From the NCBI GenBank assembly GCA_030647205.1, contig JAUSJO010000002.1, positions 11,261-75,260 on the forward strand: DNA of 64,000 nt. Reading direction: 5' to 3'. How positions within the stretch are numbered: the first letter of the stretch is position 1; each line of letters starts with the position of its first letter. Source of the DNA: a bacterium. GTDB taxonomy: Bacteria; Patescibacteriota; CPR2; UBA1875; JAJYID01. Position numbers and translations under genes: made by a program. The notes beneath the pieces are model-generated. The model was not told where the DNA came from. It was given only the letters and a program-made list of their open reading frames with translations, and ran no database searches. Positions 37,140-45,388 of this stretch are shown here, in pieces.

Positions 37140-38102
37140 TTACAGCCGTTTTGTTTTTGTTTTCCGATTAGCACCAGGCTCATCAGGCAGCTGGTCGGTA
37201 GTGTCTACCTTGACCAGCGCGGTTCCGACAGCGCTAAGCGTTTCTGAGACCTCAGATATCCGCTTTGCATCCTGTCCTCTGTTTTTCATGTCGACTAGAT
37301 AGCCGGCAAGATCCCGAGAACCGCTTGTCATGGCGATTGCTCCCAGCATGACATCTACGACCGCCTTCGGATCTTGCATGATCAGTACATGGTCAGATCC
37401 TAAGAGGTCTTCCCATTGGGCGACAATCCGCTTATTTGTAGAGGAGTTGGCGTCTCCGCTATAGTGTTTGTGAATTAGGAAGACGTTTCCCTTGAACTTC
37501 TTCTTGAGCGCCGTAAAGACTTTCTTGGTGCTCACATTCTGCTTGATGGATTTCCCGAAAAGAGCACTTACATGGTTGGTCTTGACTTCTTCGTATGCTC
37601 CCTCATCGGCGAGGAAAAAGAAGTAAGGGGCTGAGTCTTCAGGAATCTTACAGAAGTGGGCATAGTAATATGCCATTAGCTCATAGGTTTCTCTGGCGCC
37701 ACCGCCACCGCCACCCTCGAGCCATATTTTGGCAAGGTCTGCATCGAGTGCAGTGCCTTCGGCGAAATCGCAAACCTGAATCGGGCAATCGTCGCCGTTA
37801 GCATCACCATTAGCGGCAAACGATATAGACAGATCGGGCAGATAGTTCTGCTGGACAATCTGGCCGAAGAACATCGGCATCTTGTCATAGATTGTGCGAG
37901 CCCAGTTACCCATAGATCCCGTTACATCAAGGTCGATGACAACCGGGTTTTTGTGGGTGCACTCGATGTGTCGACCCTTGGGCATTAGCGCGCTATCAGC
38001 GTAGTCTGAACCGACTGCGCTAGCAGAATCATCACTGAAACTGAATCCTCCGCTGCTTTTACTGCTTCGGTAAACATCACGATCATAACTTCCTCCGCCC
38101 AT
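37140..38102 (-). CDS. cytoplasmic von Willebrand factor A (vWA) domain protein
   Basis: AAGGAG RBS. MIDAS-like DLDVTGSMGN. GGGGGG loop. No signal peptide. Confidence 0.7.
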   Translation of the reverse strand: MGGGSYDRDVYRSSKSSGGFSFSDDSASAVGSDYADSALMPKGRHIECTHKNPVVIDLDVTGSMGNWARTIYDKMPMFFGQIVQQNYLPDLSISFAANGDANGDDCPIQVCDFAEGTALDADLAKIWLEGGGGGGARETYELMAYYYAHFCKIPEDSAPYFFFLADEGAYEEVKTNHVSALFGKSIKQNVSTKKVFTALKKKFKGNVFLIHKHYSGDANSSTNKRIVAQWEDLLGSDHVLIMQDPKAVVDVMLGAIAMTSGSRDLAGYLVDMKNRGQDAKRISEVSETLSAVGTALVKVDTTDQLPDEPGANRKTKTKRL

Positions 38103-38116
38103 GACAGGCTCCTTTC

Positions 38117-39217
38117 CTAGATGTGAAGCGCCTTGAAGCGCTCTTTGCCGAATACCTCCGTACGGAGGTCTACCAGTTCTTCGTGCAGTTCCCAGGCATC
38201 TCGTGGCCGCGTTTTGTAATCCGGGTCGATGAGACGTTCCAGGAACTGCGCTATCCGGTGGTCAACATGAGCAGGGATTGCTCCAGTATCTACATTGCCG
38301 CCAACCAGGTAAATCATGCACTTGCCGAGAGCGTAAATGTCGGCCGTTGGAAGTGGCTGAACTTTCTTTGCAACCTCGGGCGCGCTGTATCCGGGAGTGA
38401 CGCACTTGATATAGTCTCCATCTTTCGGATTTGAAACCGAAAACGTGAAGTCGGTCAAGAATGCGTTGTGGTCCGAGGGCCGGGCGATGATATTCCCCGG
38501 TTCGATATTTTCGTGGATTACTAGGTTTGAGTGTGCGAATCCAAGGACGCTCAGTTGGCGCTCGAAAATCCAGCACATATGCTCTGCAGGTACCCCGTCT
38601 TTATACATGGGGTTTTCCCGGAGCGCATATAAATCATAGCCGTCTATGTAGCGGAGAACTGATGCATCCTTTCCTTCTGTAGTTGTAAAGCTCTCCACCA
38701 AGGTTGGCATTGACTTATGACGTACGCTTCGAAGTATCTGTTGTTCATTTCGGATCAGGTCGTTGTCGTCTGTGTCGCTTACAACCTTGATGACAACTCG
38801 TTCAGTTGATCCATCTTCGGTATAGTCGGCAAGAAAAACATCAGCCAACGATCCGGTAGCAATTTTAGAGTATATGTCATACTCACGAGTTGCCGTCTTG
38901 ATCGTAGTTCTTGGAGTACCGGTTGTCCGAAACGACTTTCTGTCCCAGTACACACCGGTGGTGATGCTTGTTAGGGCATCAACGTAGAACTTGTTAACAA
39001 GAGAGGTAGACTCAGTAGATATATGAACCACTCTTGCTTCCTCGTTTTGGTACCTATCCGGATGACACATCTGAAGAAATTCTTTACGGAGTTTCCTTAG
39101 TGCATCTTTGGCCTCATCTTTATCTTTGTCTTCCGACAAAGGTCCGAAAAGGTCAATCGGATGTTGGCAATCTACGAGGCGTTCATAGAAGCGTTCAAGC
39201 TCGTTCACTGAAAGCAT
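38117..39217 (-). CDS. Hanks-type Ser/Thr protein kinase with N-terminal J-domain-like (HPD) segment
   Basis: N-terminus ...ALRKLRKEFLQMCHPDRY... (J-domain helix II/HPD-like). Kinase subdomains GSLADVF, VIKVV, HENIEPGNI (catalytic loop), TDFTFS (DFG-like), YSAPE. Confidence 0.65.
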   Translation of the reverse strand: MLSVNELERFYERLVDCQHPIDLFGPLSEDKDKDEAKDALRKLRKEFLQMCHPDRYQNEEARVVHISTESTSLVNKFYVDALTSITTGVYWDRKSFRTTGTPRTTIKTATREYDIYSKIATGSLADVFLADYTEDGSTERVVIKVVSDTDDNDLIRNEQQILRSVRHKSMPTLVESFTTTEGKDASVLRYIDGYDLYALRENPMYKDGVPAEHMCWIFERQLSVLGFAHSNLVIHENIEPGNIIARPSDHNAFLTDFTFSVSNPKDGDYIKCVTPGYSAPEVAKKVQPLPTADIYALGKCMIYLVGGNVDTGAIPAHVDHRIAQFLERLIDPDYKTRPRDAWELHEELVDLRTEVFGKERFKALHI

Positions 39218-39232
39218 TTTTTCACCTCACTC

Positions 39233-39892
39233 TCATGTTTTGATGATAAGATCTGCGAACTTTCTTTGGGGTTCGATGAACTCTTGATGTGCCGGCTCAA
39301 TTTGATCCCAAAAAACATCGGTTATTATGTCGGGAGAAATATTAAACATCTCCGCATCCCTGTTGATCCTTCTTTTTAGTCTCAACAGGCCCGAGGCATC
39401 AAGAAATACATATCGGCTAGGCACACCTGTTGACCGAACGATGTCGATAGCAAAAAGACCATCAACAATAATCACCTCTGATGGATTTTTGCTTACCGTT
39501 TCTTTGTGAGATCTTTTATTTCTAGTCAGATCATAGACGGGACATTCGACAGTTTTGTTCGAAACAAGTGCGAGCAAGTGTTCTTTGATCTCTGCTTCCT
39601 GATAAGAACCGGGAGAATCGAACAATGGCAAACCGCCGCTTCCGACCGGAAGTTGCGGATCACTAATGTCGCGAAAATAGTCATCGAGCATAAGTTTTGT
39701 CTGTGAGATGTTAAGTGCCGTTAAGGCCCCTACCAGTTTTTCACAGAAATAACTTTTGCCTGAGCAACTTCCTCCGGCAACAGCAACAACTAGATTTATG
39801 TTTCTTGCGATTCTTTTCGATCTGCCCTTTAATATTGTGTCTGCGATAGCATGCAGACCGTCATTGAACTCATATACAGTTGGTCCGCACAC
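39233..39892 (-). CDS. uridine kinase/phosphoribulokinase-family P-loop nucleoside kinase
   Basis: AGGAGGG RBS then GTG start. Walker A VAGGSCSGKS. LDDYF. RLKRRINRDAE (Udk-like). Confidence 0.65.
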   Translation of the reverse strand: MCGPTVYEFNDGLHAIADTILKGRSKRIARNINLVVAVAGGSCSGKSYFCEKLVGALTALNISQTKLMLDDYFRDISDPQLPVGSGGLPLFDSPGSYQEAEIKEHLLALVSNKTVECPVYDLTRNKRSHKETVSKNPSEVIIVDGLFAIDIVRSTGVPSRYVFLDASGLLRLKRRINRDAEMFNISPDIITDVFWDQIEPAHQEFIEPQRKFADLIIKT

Positions 39893-40113
39893 TGGTTTTC
39901 CCTCCTAAGATTTGACAACAAATTTATAGACTAAAAATTGTGCTGCTTTGTCAAGGGACTCAACTTAACCTCCTTTCGAAAAGAAAGTAGTCTGCCTTGG
40001 TAAGTGGACGTTAATTATAACAGGAAATATAAGGATAGGCAACCATTTAATCCTTAGGTTAAAACAAATTATTTAATCTTTTAGTTTCTTTTCAAAGGAA
40101 TATAATTAGAACG

Positions 40114-40635
40114 ATGATAAAAACACTCAAAGAAATTGATGATTTTAGGAAGAAAGGCCTCCGGCCGCAAGTGGCTGGCTGTTTTTTAAATAACAGAAAG
40201 GTTCTACTCTGTTACAAAAAAGAACATGATCTATGGCAGCTTCCCCAAGGTGGGATTAGAAATCTTGAGCTGATAGAAGATGCATTTCTCCGGGAGATGA
40301 CGGAGGAGTTGGGCCAAAGTTTTGTCAGGCAGTTTGGTGCTGACTTGAAGCCGGTTACTGAAGCCAAGGTTGAGTTTCCGCTGAAAAAACATGCGGCTAG
40401 AAACCTGGAAACAGACGCGGGAGAACCTATAACAATGAGGGGGAAAAAGTACTTCTTTTTGGCTGTTTTATCCTCAAGCGTAGAGACTCGGCCCGAAAAA
40501 ACAGAGTTTGATGATTGCAAGTGGTCTTCATATGAAGAGGCGATGAAGTCTGCCGAAAAAATTTACCAAAAAGGCAAGAAGCGTATCACGACCAAGGCGC
40601 TAAAGGAGCTAAAGTCTCTAGGGCTTATTACATAA
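40114..40635 (+). CDS. NUDIX hydrolase
   Basis: Nudix box GGIRNLELIEDAFLREMTEELG (Gx5Ex7REUxEExGU). Confidence 0.85.
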   Translation: MIKTLKEIDDFRKKGLRPQVAGCFLNNRKVLLCYKKEHDLWQLPQGGIRNLELIEDAFLREMTEELGQSFVRQFGADLKPVTEAKVEFPLKKHAARNLETDAGEPITMRGKKYFFLAVLSSSVETRPEKTEFDDCKWSSYEEAMKSAEKIYQKGKKRITTKALKELKSLGLIT

Positions 40636-40674
40636 ACCCTTTAAGTTTATTCTAGGAAAGGATATACTGTTTTT

Positions 40675-41208
40675 ATGGAAAAGGCAGAAAATAATAATCA
40701 AAAGGCCGAATCTGAAAAGATAGGGAAAAGCGCTGAAGAGAACTCTCCCAAAGTGCTTTTTCAAACGGATATTAGAAGCAATATCGTACCTAAAAGAGGA
40801 ATATGGTGGCATGTGATCTTTACTTTAATTTTTGTGGTTGTAAACGGAGTGGTTATCTATTTCAACGATTGGGCTCTGCTCTTTTTTATAGTTGTTGCAG
40901 CCGGATACTCTTTGTGGCGGGGCCATGAAGGGCACCAAATGACGCTGGTTATAGATGCTGATGGGGTTATGGTTAACACAAGAAAATTTAAATTCGATGC
41001 TATCGAAAGCTATTATTTCGGTCTTTTCGGAGACAATGTTACATTTAACTTTTTTCTAATGAAAAAGTATGTCCCCCGCCTTACATACTTGCTACTTGAC
41101 GAGGGAGATGCTGACAAGATCAGAAAAGTGATGCAGGAAAAAGTGCCGGAAACAGAACCGATGGACGAAAGGATCACAGACTTTATCGTTAGAAAGCTAA
41201 AAATGTAA
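40675..41208 (+). CDS. membrane protein, hypothetical (two TM plus possible bacterial PH-like domain)
   Basis: WWHVIFTLIFVVVNGVVIYF / ALLFFIVVAAGYSLW, then a ~90-aa soluble region. Confidence 0.4.
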   Translation: MEKAENNNQKAESEKIGKSAEENSPKVLFQTDIRSNIVPKRGIWWHVIFTLIFVVVNGVVIYFNDWALLFFIVVAAGYSLWRGHEGHQMTLVIDADGVMVNTRKFKFDAIESYYFGLFGDNVTFNFFLMKKYVPRLTYLLLDEGDADKIRKVMQEKVPETEPMDERITDFIVRKLKM

Positions 41209-41363
41209 AATATAACATCAAAGAGCCGTGTGAACAGGCTGCCTAAAAGGCAGTTTTTATGTTAAAATAAAGGGCATAATCCTGTGTTAGCTCCTAGGCT
41301 CGGATATGAAAAGGACTGTTTTTGATATCTCTTACCCTACATTGCGAGTAGCCATGATTTTAA

Positions 41364-41439
41364 GCGCCCGTAGCTCAGGGGATAGAGCGTATGGTTGCGG
41401 TCCATAAGGCCGGAGGTTCGAATCCTCCCGGGCGCACCA
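41364..41439 (+). tRNA. tRNA-Arg (anticodon GCG as read)
   Basis: GCGCCCG acceptor, D-arm GCTCAGGGGATAGAGC, anticodon stem TATGG/CCATA with loop TTGCGGT, GGTTCGAATCC, A73, encoded CCA. Backbone closely resembles bacterial tRNA-Arg(ACG). Confidence 0.75.
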
Positions 41440-41485
41440 AAGAATTATTCGGTAAAATTATTATTACCCCCAACCTGTTTAAGAG

Positions 41486-42964
41486 ATGAAAAAAAAGCTT
41501 ATAAAAAAACCAATCTATACCAAAGTCCTGTTGGTTGTTTTCTTGATGCTTATTGTTAACTTTTTCAACAATTTTTTCAACATCGCTGATCCGGACTATT
41601 TTTGGCATTATAAAGCAGGCGAATATATCGCAGAAAACAAGGTAGTGCCGGCGCATGATATCTTCTCTTTCACAATGCCCAGCTTTGCTTGGGTTGACCA
41701 TGAGTGGTTAAGTGATACTGGGCTTTATGCAATCGAGAAAAACTTTGGCGAAGTTTCCTTAAGTTTCTTTTATCTTCTTCTGTTCGGCGGGATAATCTTC
41801 TTCTCTCTTAATAAAAAGAAGTTAAATATACTAGACGGAGTTATTGCGATAGTTGGAGTGGGCGCGATAGCGGGATACCTCGGCGTGAGGCAGCAGATGT
41901 ATAGCTTTCTTTTCTTTGCTATTACACTTTTTATCTTAAAACTCAAAAATGAGAAGCTCCTGTGGTTTTTACCCATTGTCTTTTTAGCATGGGCCAACTT
42001 GCATGGCGGCTTTGTTATAGGTCTTTTTGCGTTGGTGGTGATATTTGGAGAAAAAATTTATCGGCTAGTAAGAGAAAAGAAAAACCCGTATAAACTTATA
42101 GCTATTTTTTCACTTTCTCTTTTGGCTACCTTTGCCAATCCTTATGGGACTCGGATATATGAGGAAGTGTTTAGAACGGTTGGCGACAACTATCTGTCGT
42201 CTCATATTAGGGAGTGGCTGCCATTTTTTGATTTTATACAGGTTAGGTTTCTGATATTTATAGCGATTTTTCTCAGCTTTCTTCCCGAAATCAAAAAAAG
42301 AATGCCTTTCGGCCACCTTATTTTATTGGCTGTCCTTTTTGTTCTTTCTCTAAAGTCGGTTAAGTATATACCTTTTTTTGTAATCGCCTCAATCCCTGCT
42401 CTACTAGACCTGACTTCCGTATACCTTGATGAAGCTCACAGGAAGTTTTATAGAAAAGTTGTTTTAAAGCCTGCTTTTTATCCGATTATGGCAGCATCCT
42501 TTCTGGTTTTGTTCTTTTTTGTTTTTCCCGGAGGCATCTCCAAGGAAAGTATAGCAATAAAATATCCCAACAAGGCTATCCCTTTCTTAGAAAAAAGAAC
42601 GGAGAAAAACGTCTTTGCTTTTTATGGTTGGGCCGGATTTTTGATCAAAAACCTTCCTGAGAAAAAATATTTTATAGATGGTCGGATGCCAAGCTGGAAA
42701 CAAGGTCAGGTTTATGCTTTTAAGGATTATATTGATGCGACTGCTTGCAAAAGGACCGAAGAAATTTTAGATGAGAATAATGTTGGCTTGATAGTTTGGC
42801 CGGCGCGAGAAGAAAAAACATCTGGTACGGTTAGTATAAAAAATATTTTTGGGTATTTCCAAAGAAAGAATAATGAACGGGGTTGCTCTTTTAAGGAAGA
42901 AATTAGCAAAAATAGTTGGAAAATAATATATAATGACGGAGATACTTTAGTGTTTAAAAAATAA
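41486..42964 (+). CDS. polytopic membrane protein, GT-C fold (ArnT/PMT-like) glycosyltransferase candidate
   Basis: ~11 TMs. First extracytoplasmic loop ADPDYFWHYKAGEYI..VVP resembles the GT-C DxD loop. C-terminal soluble domain. Confidence 0.4.
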   Translation: MKKKLIKKPIYTKVLLVVFLMLIVNFFNNFFNIADPDYFWHYKAGEYIAENKVVPAHDIFSFTMPSFAWVDHEWLSDTGLYAIEKNFGEVSLSFFYLLLFGGIIFFSLNKKKLNILDGVIAIVGVGAIAGYLGVRQQMYSFLFFAITLFILKLKNEKLLWFLPIVFLAWANLHGGFVIGLFALVVIFGEKIYRLVREKKNPYKLIAIFSLSLLATFANPYGTRIYEEVFRTVGDNYLSSHIREWLPFFDFIQVRFLIFIAIFLSFLPEIKKRMPFGHLILLAVLFVLSLKSVKYIPFFVIASIPALLDLTSVYLDEAHRKFYRKVVLKPAFYPIMAASFLVLFFFVFPGGISKESIAIKYPNKAIPFLEKRTEKNVFAFYGWAGFLIKNLPEKKYFIDGRMPSWKQGQVYAFKDYIDATACKRTEEILDENNVGLIVWPAREEKTSGTVSIKNIFGYFQRKNNERGCSFKEEISKNSWKIIYNDGDTLVFKK

Positions 42965-42966
42965 TC

Positions 42967-43515
42967 ATGTTTGTTGAAATACTTTTTCTTGTAATTATAT
43001 TCTTGGTTGCTGCCACAACACACTCAATGTTTTTCTACATTGTTTTGGCGGTTGCCTTCTTCCTGTGTCTGCCGGGGATCGTCGCCCTAAACTCTGCGCC
43101 ATATGTGCCGACTTTAAAGAAAAATGCTGAAACGATGATAAGGCTGGCGGACATCAAGCCGGGGATGAAAGTTTATGATCTTGGTGCGGGAGATGGTAGG
43201 CTTGTAGAGAGAGCAGCCAAAAAAGGAGCAAATGCAGTTGGGTATGAGATATCTTTTGCTCTTTTTGTCTTCTTCTGGCTTAGAAAGGTCATTCTTATGA
43301 GGAAGGGAAGGGTTTATTGGGGAAGTATTTGGACAAAAGATATATCTGATGCTGATGTGGTAACGTGCTTTTTGATGCCAAACGCAATGGAAAGATTCGA
43401 AAAGAAAAAGTTTGCTACCATGAAGAAAGGTGCGCGTCTTGTGTCAAATATCTTCCCACTGCCAAATACGAAGGAGGCCAAAAAAGAAAATAATGTCTAT
43501 TTGTACATAAAGTAA
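42967..43515 (+). CDS. class I SAM-dependent methyltransferase with N-terminal TM helix
   Basis: Motif I VYDLGAGDGRLV. Acidic motif II ..YEIS. Confidence 0.65.
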   Translation: MFVEILFLVIIFLVAATTHSMFFYIVLAVAFFLCLPGIVALNSAPYVPTLKKNAETMIRLADIKPGMKVYDLGAGDGRLVERAAKKGANAVGYEISFALFVFFWLRKVILMRKGRVYWGSIWTKDISDADVVTCFLMPNAMERFEKKKFATMKKGARLVSNIFPLPNTKEAKKENNVYLYIK

Positions 43516-43530
43516 TGCGAGGGAAGAAAA

Positions 43531-44076
43531 ATGAAGCCAGTCGAAGTCATTGATAAATATTATAAGAAAGGATCAATATCTCGCCGATTCTTGGTCGAGC
43601 ACAGTAAGTCAGTGGCGAAAAAAGCCTTAGAAGTGGCAAAAAATGTGCCGGAGATGAAACCGGACTTACGGTTTATTGAAGAGGCCTCAATGTTGCATGA
43701 TATTGGAATTTTTCTTACAAATGCCCCGGTTATTGGCTGCTCTGGCGATAAAGAATATATCTGCCATGGCTATTTAGGAAGAAAAATACTAGAGAAAGAG
43801 GGGTATCCAAAACATGGACTTGTTTGCGAAAGACATTTGGGTGTTGGTATATCACTTGAGGAGATTGAGGTTCGAAACTTACCGCTTCCAAAAAGAAATA
43901 TGCTGCCGATATCGCTCGAGGAAGAAATTATTTGTTTTGCCGATAAGTTTTTTTCAAAAGGTGAAGGATTATTAAAAAAGGAGAAATCACTTGAAGATAT
44001 CAGAAAAAGATTGCCGGATTTTGGAAACAGCCAAGAAATATTTGAAGGTTGGATGGTAAAATTTAAGTGTAACTAA
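43531..44076 (+). CDS. HD-domain metal-dependent phosphohydrolase
   Basis: ...MLHDIGIF... (H..HD) and downstream His/Asp residues. Confidence 0.65.
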   Translation: MKPVEVIDKYYKKGSISRRFLVEHSKSVAKKALEVAKNVPEMKPDLRFIEEASMLHDIGIFLTNAPVIGCSGDKEYICHGYLGRKILEKEGYPKHGLVCERHLGVGISLEEIEVRNLPLPKRNMLPISLEEEIICFADKFFSKGEGLLKKEKSLEDIRKRLPDFGNSQEIFEGWMVKFKCN

Positions 44077-44090
44077 CAAGTAGTCAGAGT

Positions 44091-44106
44091 GGAGAGGTGC
44101 CAGAGT
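44091..44106 (+). other. orphan tRNA-like 5' half (acceptor strand plus start of D arm)
   Basis: GGAGAGGTGCCAGAGT matches the 5' ends of the Ser tRNAs in this window. Followed by a 17-bp-arm hairpin, not by a D/anticodon arm. Confidence 0.4.
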
Positions 44107-44172
44107 CCCCGCATTCGCAGGGCAGGAGTCGAATGAGGCGCGCCCCGCGAATGCGGGGGGCGAAAAGGGTTT

Positions 44173-44424
44173 ATGGGATATAATATGTATTACGTTTACA
44201 TTTTAAAAAGCAAAACAGATGGCAAATATTATTTTGGCTCAACCGCTGATTTGAAAAATAGATTCAAAGAGCATAATGCAGGCAAAGTAAAGTCGACAAA
44301 AAATAGGGTGCCATTTGAGTTAGTGTGCTATGAAGCCTATTTGACAAAAACTATTGCTTTAAATAGAGAAAAATACTTAAAATCTAGTGATGGCCATAAA
44401 GATATAAATCGAAGATTTAAATAA
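44173..44424 (+). CDS. GIY-YIG nuclease-superfamily small protein (YhbQ/UPF0213-like)
   Basis: MYYVYILKSKTDGKYYFGSTADLKNRFKEHN (GIY-x10-YIG, Arg, Glu). 83 aa. Stops 5 nt before the tRNA. Confidence 0.65.
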   Translation: MGYNMYYVYILKSKTDGKYYFGSTADLKNRFKEHNAGKVKSTKNRVPFELVCYEAYLTKTIALNREKYLKSSDGHKDINRRFK

Positions 44425-44429
44425 TTTAC

Positions 44430-44521
44430 GGAAGGGTGCCGGAGTGGTTGAACGGGGCAGTCTCGAAAACTGTTGTCCTGCTTACGCGGGACCGAGAGTT
44501 CGAATCTCTCCCCTTCCGCCA
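44430..44521 (+). tRNA. tRNA-Ser (anticodon CGA)
   Basis: GGAAGGG acceptor, anticodon stem GCAGT/ACTGT with loop CTCGAAA, long variable arm, GAGAGTTCGAATCTCTC, G73, encoded CCA. Confidence 0.85.
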
Positions 44522-44577
44522 GATAGCTTTGAGAGGTTCGCCCTAAATCCTCAGGGCGCCCCGCGAATGCTGGGGCG

Positions 44578-44596
44578 AATCCCACCCTCTCCGCCA
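44578..44596 (+). other. orphan tRNA-like 3' end (degenerate T arm plus acceptor strand plus GCCA)
   Basis: ...TGGGGCGAATCCCACCCTCTCCGCCA parallels TGGGTTCGAATCCCACCCTCACCGCCA of tRNA-Ser(TGA), with a 1-nt deletion in the T loop. Confidence 0.4.
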
Positions 44597-44610
44597 AATG
44601 AGAAAATGTA

Positions 44611-45342
44611 ATGTTTGATACAAAACTAAAAACATCTGAATATATAAACTTAACGGTTACACACGATTGTACCCGCCGGTGCTTATTTTGTGTGGATCGT
44701 TATCGTGGAAGCGGGGAAATGGTTAGTCTTGACGCCGTCCATCGTGTAGCGGCATTTGCTTCGAGAAGAGGGATTAAGGACATACTTATTACTGGCGGGG
44801 AGCCAACTCTTCATCCCGATATAGTGGAGATTGTGAAAATAGTTAAAAAATATGGACTTCGCGTCATTATGACGACTAACTATGACCGGCCGAACGTATT
44901 TGAGAAACTTGATGGGATCGTTGATTGCTTCAATATTTCTTTCTATAATCAAGCCCTTTTGCCAAAACAAAAAGAAACAAGGTCCGATATTACTATCCAT
45001 GCATTGATTTATGATGAACAACTGGAGACACAAGAAAAACTGGATCGGTTTATTGATAGATATCATCACTACGGGCATTTGAAATTTTCAACTTTAACTC
45101 CCTGCAATGCATGGACGACCGAACACCAGCACGTCTCATACTTAGACGATCTTGAGTGTGAATGGATAGTTCTATTTAATGAGATGCTAGCCCAAGTCTA
45201 TCGTGGAGTAGTTATAAAAAGGTATGATAGGATTATTAGCAGAAACGCGTCCCAGTCTTATAAGGCTCACGTTGATGGGACTATTACTAAGTCGTGGGAC
45301 AGGGAGAGAACCTCCACTCTCTCCGCCAAGGCAAAAGTTTGA
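44611..45342 (+). CDS. small radical SAM enzyme (no SPASM domain)
   Basis: CTRRCLFC (CxxxCxxC) and GGEPTLHPD. 243 aa. Confidence 0.7.
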   Translation: MFDTKLKTSEYINLTVTHDCTRRCLFCVDRYRGSGEMVSLDAVHRVAAFASRRGIKDILITGGEPTLHPDIVEIVKIVKKYGLRVIMTTNYDRPNVFEKLDGIVDCFNISFYNQALLPKQKETRSDITIHALIYDEQLETQEKLDRFIDRYHHYGHLKFSTLTPCNAWTTEHQHVSYLDDLECEWIVLFNEMLAQVYRGVVIKRYDRIISRNASQSYKAHVDGTITKSWDRERTSTLSAKAKV

Positions 45343-45388
45343 AAAATTTTATGTTACTACCACTGTATTAAAACATTAACTAAAAAAC

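Larger units (their letters stand above)
44107..44577 (+). mobile_element. candidate insertion cassette (hairpin plus GIY-YIG gene plus tRNA-Ser(CGA)) lying between the two halves of a tRNA-like gene
   Basis: Bounded by near-identical GCGCCCCGCGAATGC(G/T)GGGG repeats at ~44140-44158 and ~44558-44577. The flanks GGAGAGG / CCTCTCC-G-CCA are perfectly complementary acceptor strands. Confidence 0.3.

Noticed and set aside
41375-41701. 108-aa minus-strand ORF
   Set aside because: It overlaps tRNA-Arg and the 5' end of the GT-C membrane protein gene. Spurious.
44337-44597. 86-aa minus-strand ORF
   Set aside because: It covers tRNA-Ser(CGA) and the tRNA-like remnant. Spurious.
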